Assembly (NCBI GenBank): GCA_964057225.1
Contig: OZ059898.1
Span: 13,082,001-13,146,000 of the forward strand
Direction: 5' to 3'
DNA from: Auanema rhodensis
Taxonomy: Eukaryota; Animalia; Nematoda
DNA length: 64,000 nt
In this document: in pieces, positions 54,952 to 64,000 of the stretch
How positions within the stretch are numbered: position 1 is the stretch's first letter
How the letters are laid out: each line of letters starts with the position of its first letter
Position numbers and translations under genes: made by a program
The notes under the pieces: generated by a model
What the model was told of the DNA's origin: nothing
The model's input: the letters and a program-made list of their open reading frames with translations, nothing else
The model's database searches: none

Positions 54952-56408
54952 TCATTCTTCGGTAAAATATAATAAATCTGATTCTAATGTATGATAAGTT
55001 AGACTGAATGATAGTTCCCGTATTCCTACTAAGCTATTCATGTTCAAAATTTCTGATTTGGGATAAGTATTGATAAGGCGACATGTAATAATACCCTGTG
55101 CATAATCATCAGGTAGACTAATCTTGATGAAGGCCTAAAAAGTAGTTATTAGTACGATTGCAACTGCCTCTCTATGTTAGTTACCAAAGGAGGGAGATCG
55201 TATATAGTATCACCATCTTCATCATCGATGACATCTTGTCCATTATTTTTCAACGATCTTGATGGTATCTGTAAGCTTTCAAGTTCTATTCGTAAGATAT
55301 TGGGTATTATTACCTTATTAAGTGGAAAAGAACCATATGATTCGTTATCTTCAAATGATGGGATATATGTAAAATTAATTGGGGATTTAGGAAACATTCC
55401 ATGGGCATGCTGTAACAAGTTTTAAAACTAAATTTTTTTAGCTCTGAAGCCTTACCATTACGGTACACTTATATGGAATTTCTGTTTGATTATAATCAGT
55501 TTTGAATTCTGGCTTCCAACCTACGCGCTGAAATTAATAACTTTGTTATAGCTAATCTGATAAAATTTCAAACATACGTCTTTAAATCTGATCAAGAAAC
55601 AAGGCTCTCTGCTTTGATAGCCATATCTAAAATTATATTTGAACATATTATTTTGCTTAGAAGCTAATTGTAATACTTGTTTTCTTTCGTACAAAGCTCA
55701 CTGCCGGGAATAGAACTTAATGTGAAATTACACCATTTGTCTTCAGGCTATAATTACATTCAAAACTTCAAAAATCTTGAGAAACCAAACTGACCGTATC
55801 AGTAGAATTACAGTCTGATGTGAATTTCTTTCTAGAATCTTGTTCTTTTGTATAAGCTGCAAGTAATTTTTCGTAACTATATTAAACGGTTAGACTCTCA
55901 CCTTCAAGATACTTGTCGATTTCATTCACATATTTTTCTTGAAGTATGGAATCTTTCCCTTCATATAATCTGATTAAACTGCGACCGTCTACATGCATTG
56001 AAGGGGTGATTTGCAAACCTGAATTTAAAAATTTTCTGTTGAAATCTACAAAAATTCCTTGAAAAGTCACCTGTTTTGGCTCGTAGTCTATTTTGTAAAA
56101 TGTTGGCTTGAACATGATTGTAACCTGATCGAATCAAAACCAAGGCAACTATAGCAAATCCCAAAATTATTGCCAAAGAGCCAAAGAAAGTAATTTTCTG
56201 CTTAAGTTCAAATCGATGGTGTACCATGAACAGTTCGCGCATGCCAACTGTCACCCTGAAAAGAAGTTAAAGGTTGAAAATTTTGTTACGATTACCTTCC
56301 GGTTGGATCACCGAATATGTTTTCAGTGTCATGATCTCTGAGATAAATATCTTCGGGATGGATCTCGAGCGTTTCAGGCTCGACTGGATGATAACGTAGA
56401 GAACTCAT
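54952..56408 (-). CDS. Divergent Na,K-ATPase beta-subunit-like type II membrane protein
   Basis: N-terminal TM, then GLQITP, YVNEIDKYLE, paired Cys, YGYQSREPCFLIRFKDRVGWKP, GSFP and PPLVAFIK, in beta-subunit order. Confidence 0.7.
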
Positions 56409-58072
56409 CTTCTTCTGTTCATCGCATCATCATCCTAAAACTATGACAGGGACATTATAAGCCGACACGCATGGAAAGCGATTTTCTTCAAGCTTGTTAT
56501 CAGAAATATAGTAGCATTAGAAACCAATTTAAGAAAAAAAAACAAAATTTATGAGAGGACTGATTTCGGGAAGCAATAGGAAAACAATGGATGTTTGAAT
56601 ATGAAACTACAATCAATAGAAAGAGGATTGATATGGAATATCTAAAGCCAGATTTAGAAGGCTGTATCCAATGGAAACCACGATAATAATATTGCAATAG
56701 GCTAAATCCGAATTCTCCCGATTCATCAAGCGGTGGGTGGCAGATAATGAGAAATCGAGGTCTGGATCAAGTTTCAGGTCTTTTAGAGTATGCTAAAGCT
56801 GCTTCATCCTCTTTTTTTAGGTTTTCAGACAATACGAGCTTTTTGTGCAAGAAAAAAAAACAAAAATAAGAATTTCAGTCATGGAAAGGAATGTAAGAAG
56901 TCAGTATAGTAAGTGACTAGATGATCGTACATGTGCTGACAAACAGACAATACGCAAACGTTGACATCAAGCAAAAAACGAAAGTGTACTGAAAAAAAGG
57001 AGTGGAACATTGAAATGTCTGTGTGTATGTATACATGTGCATGTGTCATGTCCTAGCGTTCGTACATGGTAAAAAGGTAATTCGAAATGAAAAATTAAAA
57101 ACATTCCGTACGTATTTGCTTTTTCATATACATAAATAGATTTGTAAGAGGAAGCTTTATTGAAGTCAAAGCTCACGAATATGATTATAACAAGAATTAA
57201 ACGTTGAAGCAATTTAGCTTCTCTTGAAGAATAACAAATTACATGTTAGAAGGTATTAGAAAAAGAAATGAAATTGAAAGCTTGTACGGCATAGGGGCGA
57301 AACTAGCAGATACGTGTTGAATACACAAGTATGAAATTCAAATACGCTACATCATGACTATACATGTTATGCATGCCTATGATGATCATGATGAAGAATG
57401 ATAGAAGAATCAATCAATAGTCAATGACATACCCAAACTCGGCATGACACTACCATCTATTCGATTACCTTGTAGATGCGACTGTCTCTGTTTGATCACG
57501 CAGTCATTATGGCCATCAACACTTGTCGTCGTCTGTGCCCTCTTGATGGATAATGCAGCGCCGACCTCAATTGACAGTTTTCACGGATCAACAATGAATC
57601 AGTCCAATGAATAGTAACCAGGCGAGCCTTTAACGGATTGCCATACGCATTTCCGTCTGAGATTCAGGAAAACAGCCGTCCTTTTCTCACGAATGGCGGT
57701 CACCAAATACTCTCCATGCTATTTATTTAACAGCCAAGTAAAACCAAATATAAGTCTGAGTATGTACATTAAACGCAAATTTGAATTGTATTTTCGTTAT
57801 TAATTAGAATACAAAACATCATTTTGTATGAAAAATAGTAATTTGTACATATATTGCTTGAACTCTAAAGTACCGCATACGAAGAAAAGACAAAATGCCG
57901 TATACCACATTCACAATAAGTTCTGAACAGGTTTTTTATTTATGTCCTTTCTTTCATTCCAAGAATAACGATCTTTGTTGTCATAAATATATTTAGTTCA
58001 CCAAAAGCTATACTCAATGAACAAAAAAAGAAGGAAAAAGCAAAGAAAAATGTGTACAAAACGGCGAAATTA

Positions 58073-59854
58073 TTAATTAAGATACTTATTAACTACACTG
58101 ATTGATTTGTCAAGATCCATAATGTCAGTCTTGTTGGCTTCTTCGGTGATATCACAGTATAATTCTGTTGAGCTGAAATAGATAATTATATAACATGTGT
58201 ACTGATGTACCCAATTTCGAGAATGCAACCGATCTGCACCGAAATTATAGCAAAAATAATAAAAGGACATGATGTTACTACATGCACCTATGTGAGATAG
58301 CAGTAATTGACTGTTTTATTGTGAGAGAATAAAAACTTACAGATAGCGTTCTCCAAAACTGTTTACGGTGGTAACAATAAGTTTTCCTTCATTGCCTGGG
58401 GTTTGAGCAAGCTCAAACGATGAATATTAAGTTTGAATTGATAATTAAAAGGTTTACCTTGATAGCAGCTTGTACATTGGCTCCGGACGAAATACCGGCA
58501 AGGATACCTTCCTCCTTGGCTAGTCGCTTGGCCATGACGAAAGCGTCGTCAGATGCAATTGGAATGATTCCGTTGTAAATAGTAGTGTCTAGAACTGCTG
58601 GGATAGCTCCAGCTCCAATACCTTGAATTCTATGTTTTCCTGGAGTACCTCCACTAAGAACTGGAGACTCTAATGGCTCTACAGCATAAGACTACAATAG
58701 ATTACAATTTAAATACTATTGAAAGATTGTCTTACCTTGATGTTAGGGTTCTGCTCCTTCAAAAAACGGGAAACACCAGTAACGGTTCCTCCAGTTCCAA
58801 CTCCGAAACATACAATATCAACCTGAAGGAACACAGCATCATTAGAGCAACTAGCAAGCACTAAAAATACCTTTCCATCACTTTGCTTCCAAATTTCAGG
58901 TCCGGTAGTTTTATAGTGAGCTGCTGGATTATCCATATTATCAAACTAAAAAATGAAAACCATGGGATTAACAAAAAACATGTAACAATGTACTTGATTA
59001 GTTCTGAAAACATTTGGGATAACTTTTTCTAACTCATCTAGGCGGTCCAAAACACCTTTGAAACCGAGAGCAGCATCTGTGAGAACAATCTAAATAAATT
59101 AAAGTTATGAGAGAAAACTAAAAATGAGCAAACCTCAGCCCCATAGGCCTTCATGGTTACACGTCGTTCAATGCTCATCAAATGAGGCATAACAATAACG
59201 CATTTATATCTGAAAATATTAAAAATAAGTTTAAAGTAATATCCTTCCCTTCCCCCTTATTTTCAGTCAAATGAATGAATGCTAATATGCACCATATTTT
59301 TAAAATCATTGCACTTCTCACGTTTCTGTTCTTTGTTTGTTTGTTTTTATGGGAACAAAGAGTTTAAAATTAGGTCTAGTTCCAAAAAATCTAAGAAGTA
59401 AAACGAAAGATACCAGCCACAAGAATCAAATAGAGTACAAAGATACAATCATCAAATTATTGAAAAAATTAAATATTCAGAATTATTCAGAATTATTCAT
59501 TTTAAAATATAATTCAAAACTTCAGACGTACCCTTTAGCAGCAGCAATAGCTGCAAGAGCAACTCCCATATTTCCACTAGTTCCTTCGAGAATGACACTC
59601 TTTCCTTTGATTAGTTCTCCTCTTTTCTCAGCTTCTTCAATCATGAAACGAGCTGGGCGATCTTTAACTGATGCTGTTGGATTAAGATATTCCAACTTTA
59701 CAGCTAAATCAATGTATTAATAATTGAAAATAATAGTTTTTTTTTTACCAATTTTAGCTGGAAGATCTTTTCCAATGACATTGAGCTCAACGAGAGCAGT
59801 ACTACCTACAGCACCAAAAGCATCAGAGGCAATAGGACGTGCGTACTCTGCCAT
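58073..59854 (-). CDS. Cysteine synthase-like (CYSL/OASTL family) PLP enzyme
   Basis: [14 protein letters not shown] (PLP lysine), [60 protein letters not shown]; paralog not assignable. Confidence 0.95.
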
Positions 59855-60952
59855 TTCTGTAATAACACTTGAAGTTAATGTAAGCTTTATATTAAACTAC
59901 ATAACAACGAGAATACAACAAGTTAATCGAAAAAATGGGTGAAAAAAAAGAAGAATACCACGAATTAAATGAAAACTAGAGGAAAAGAGGTTTACTCAAA
60001 AACCAACTAGTTTCTAGTGAGGGCATATCGATCGATAAAGAAACTAAAGAGACCACCAACTACGTGACGAAATGAAATACTCTTGCTGAAACAAGTGCTA
60101 AATTTCAAGTGAAAATTAGAATTGACAAATATTTCAGAAAGAATCATAATGATTATCAGAAGAGGAATCGTACAATATAACACTATGCAAGTATGATTAG
60201 AGCACTGATAAGACACGAGAAAATGAACCGACTTATCTTCAGTATGAAGCAAACAAATCATGTTTTGTTCATAAAAAAATTACACGTTGAAACCTTTATA
60301 AAAATCGACATTGCCGCAAATGCAACTTCTCTTCTCACTTTTAAAGACGAACCAAGGTAGATTTAATCGTTACGGAATAAGCAGTGTCCATCAAATGACA
60401 TCATGGACAATGAGAAATAGTGCTTCTTTTATATGTCTTTTTCAATAGTCGGTCTATTCCTCTTCAGACAAAGATCACAAAAAATAGCATTAACCTTCGA
60501 ATTCGCATGCTCGCTCTACTTATATACATGTATCTGCGAAATAATTGAACTGACACAGACCACAGAATTACACAAACTAGACCAATTCTCACGTCATCAT
60601 AGTTGAAATGAAAATTTTGCGTGAAAGTCACGTACGCGGCTAAGTTTGCCGCCCCTTATCAAACCAAACATTAGCTGAAGAATTGAATAGCGTACGTGCT
60701 TTTTCCTAAAATATATAGTTATTTTTTCAATCTGACCAAACAAGAGACTCTGAAAGCGATCAAGCAGAATGCAGTTTTCAAATAAAACTTCCAAAATTTC
60801 AAATCTGACTGGCGTTATCGTACTGTAAGCTGTCTCACTGCCCTTTGAGTTATTCTTTGAAAAAAATCTTTTATTTTATATTTACGAACAGGAAACACAA
60901 TTTGTCTTTGAACATTTCATCATATTATGCAACAAGCATTGAATTTCTTCTT

Positions 60953-63900
60953 CTAATAGATACTGGACTCTTTTTTCCTCATTATGCAAGTCGATTGGAT
61001 TTGAGATGATTTAACCATATTATCCAACTCTTTCTTTTCTCTTTCTAAATGAATATATTTCAAAATAGAGAATTAGAAAGAGAATATTAGTTTGGTCTTT
61101 TTATTTTACCTGGTGTAGTGAGCCATTGAGCACAAGTGTAGGGGCATAGGTGTTTCTTAACTAAAGGCTTTACAGCATCTACTGGATGTAGGTAGCAAAC
61201 ATCAAAGTATCCTAAAAGGGGGGTTACTGATTTGCTCAACTTATATTTGGTTTTGGTGTAACCTGACAATGGACATGTTCTCATGAGACAGTTAGATGAG
61301 GAATCTTCGACATCAAAGTTTGAGCAAGTTCTGCTATTACCCTCGAAACAACTAGAATACTTGCGGTAGCTATGGTGAAATCATCTTTCTAGTTCTTACC
61401 CCATTACATAGTTAGAGCAAGGTGTATCCGGTTGACATAAACGATTTAATGTGAAGTTGAAAAGTTGTTTCATATGATAGTTTCCCTCATTCAGCTTTTG
61501 ATATTGTCCAGTTTTACCTATCATTTTGATTGCGAACATCAAAGTTTTGATATATTGTGGTGAAGCCAAAGCATGAAGAAGAGGTTTTAACTGAAATAAT
61601 GGAACTGTTGAGTTGTTGGGAGATGATATATTACCATTTCTTGCTCCGGGTTCAATCGAGTTATTGCTTCAACTGCTATGTTTTCAATACAATAGGTTGA
61701 GAGCATGCTGCACAGGTTATTATCTACAGTGTCTTTATATTTCATTGTTTTCTCATTATCCGTTAATGTTGAATCTTGGAATCCATGTGTATCGCGATCC
61801 TTATATGCTTTTATCAAAGACACTAAAAGCTCTTCTTCTTCGTCGCTCAATTCAAACATAAAATCTGGAGAATTAGCAAGACTTTCTGTGGTAGTTCTGC
61901 GGCGCGTAACTTCGGATTCATCGCAATCTTCCGTGGTTGTTACATGCTCGTCAACTACTCTAGTTGGCTCAACTGGTCTTCCAGTAACTATTTGGTGATC
62001 GTCATCTATATGCCTGGTTGGCTCAGGATATGGATTAACTGGTCTTCCGGTAACTGTTGGATGAACATCGACTACGCTTCTGGTTGTTGATTGGTGAGCC
62101 CCACCTGGTCTTCCAGTAACTGTTTGGCGATCGTCATCTATATGTTTGGTTGGCTCTGGATATGGATTAACTGACGTTCCGGGTACTGTAGAGTAGCTAT
62201 TTGATCCAGTTGGCATACGTGTTGATAGAGTTCTGATCACAGGCTGTGTGAATGGGAGGATTTGAATTCCTGGCAACATGCCAATTTGATCATCAAGCTT
62301 AATATTAGTGATATTTCCAAATAATGTTTCCGCATCTTTGAGTTCTGATTCTTCAAAATTTTCTCCAAGCTTGCAGAAATAAGGATTTCCACTAGTTTCA
62401 GCACAAACAATTTCGCTGGCTGGAGGATCAATAAGTGATGTATATTGGTCTGGGTCTGTGGAAATATCACAATATTTCCATTTGCCATCGATTTTCGTGT
62501 AATTATTCATAGCAATAGTCATTGATCCAGCAACACAACCTGAAAAGCTTTGATTGTAAACTAACATATTCATTTTCTGAGATGAATAAACCTGTAGCTA
62601 CAGTATGGAAGGTATATGTTTGAGTGTTTGGATCAAATGGTCCACGTATACATTGAAAGAATGTGTTGCTTTTGGTCAAAGTACGTGTTGCTTTCACAAG
62701 AGTTCCATCACTTTCACATCCATCTATAATGCATGTTCATCAAGCGGTAAAGATTTTATGATTTTTGATACTCGTGAAGAATAAAGCTGGTCCTGTGCCA
62801 GAAGGTGTACAGTAGAATGGATTATCAAAACAATAGAAAATACGTCCAGCATTGAAACGATTGGTTTTAGCAATGCAAGCTTAAAATGAAGTTCAAGTTG
62901 TTGCCATATATCTTGAACAAAGCTTCTCTTACCAATCTTAACGGCAACACCTTGTTCACACCTATATACGGTCATTCCTGATTTGTCTGTAAATTCTTCT
63001 GATTCCTTATGCTTCTGACCATAGTATACACATTGTTGTGAACTGCTTGATGTTAAAGATTCTTGCCGAACAATCTTAAACGATACATGGATGATGCAAT
63101 AGTAACATCATTCTACTCACTTGTCCGTCTTCATTCTTTTTACAACTGATTTCAACATCATCGTCCTTAAACTTCTCTCCGATTCTGATAAATTCATTCT
63201 TTGAACTTGTGCATCCTATTGTTATGCATGATGATTACAAGGAAAATAGAAAACATATTCTACCAAGAATTTCAAGTTTATATTTCAAAGTTGCATCCTT
63301 CTTACATTCAAACTTGAAATGACCAATTTGTTCAAATGTTTCTCCATCTTTCAATATTTTATCATCCGAGCTGTATGGCATGATACAACCTGAAAAATAG
63401 ATACAACTTAACTATCATTCATTTGTTTTTCTAGTAGTTCAACCTTCAGCTTCCAGCTTACCACCTACGCATTTATAGTGGACACCTCTTATGTTCAAAT
63501 CTTTTGTACATTTGATATTCTCAGTTATTTCAACTTCTAAATAAATACAAAAAAAAAACATTTAAAGGTCGATTTTCAAATATCATTTACCATTCAAATA
63601 CCAAGAGCCTTCAGGATAATGAGTACATGCAAAGCGTTTTCCATGTTTGCTTAGAGCTGTTTCTCCATCTTTCAATAATTTTCCTTCAAACTTACAGCCT
63701 AAGAGAAACTTTCATAAAACTTTAAATTTAATAAATAGAATAATACCAATAATCTGCTGTATAGCATAATCTTTTGAGAAGAAACATCTGAAAGCGAAAT
63801 TAGTTCCCATTCGCTGAACAATCTTATCATCAGTTATTGTGATATTATTTCTTGGAAAAGAACAATCTGAAAATTGAATCAGAATTCATATTGAACATCA

Positions 63901-64000
63901 TCTTTTCTTACATTTCACAGAAAATTGAAGTTCTCCATTGATTCTTTCACAAGTTCCTCCAAAATGAGGATAATATCGATGTGATTGGATAACATTTGAT
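60953..64000 (-). CDS. Large Cys-repeat protein with MIG-18-like modules, a Thr/Pro-rich repeat linker and a C-terminal Cys (ShK-like CPYTC) region; 5' end outside the window
   Basis: Repeated modules such as GCIMP...LKDGETF...FKFEC...LEILGC...IRIGEKF...ISC; many mini-introns; exon chain only partly reconstructed. Confidence 0.6.
61972..62172 (-). repeat. Internal coding direct repeat (~68 nt; VNPYPEPTxHIDDDxQxVTGRP twice, plus partial units)
   Basis: Near-identical DNA units at ~61972-62041 and ~62105-62172. Confidence 0.9.

Overview
AT-rich eukaryotic genomic DNA from a nematode, probably a compact-genome rhabditid outside Caenorhabditis (inference). Introns are mostly 40-52 nt, TTTCAG/TTTTAG trans-splice-like acceptors sit just before ATGs, and gene packing is operon-like. 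The ORF track is largely uninformative because the genes are spliced, so I rebuilt exon chains by hand. About 22 genes, in order: 3' end of Pol III largest subunit, PIG-F, NPRL2, GST-zeta (candidate operon); a Ly6/three-finger protein; a CX-domain membrane protein with two alternative cytoplasmic tails; an inverted pair of secreted 10-Cys peptides; three Srh/Sri-like chemoreceptors; bestrophin; an extracellular LRR protein; a NUDT6-like Nudix hydrolase; dynamin; a short RMD-like TPR protein; a securin-like protein; SEC12; RBX2; a divergent Na,K-ATPase beta-like protein; a cysteine synthase-like enzyme; and the 3' part of a large MIG-18-like Cys-repeat protein. Most notable: (1) frequent AAG/GAG 3' splice sites in length-constrained mini-introns; (2) a recurring non-coding ATGCTAAT + (T)TCACGT module at six or more sites; (3) a cluster of candidate 3-7 nt microexons in dynamin; (4) the palindromic pair of unrecognised Cys-rich peptide genes. 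No tRNA, rRNA, CRISPR array or autonomous transposon was recognised.
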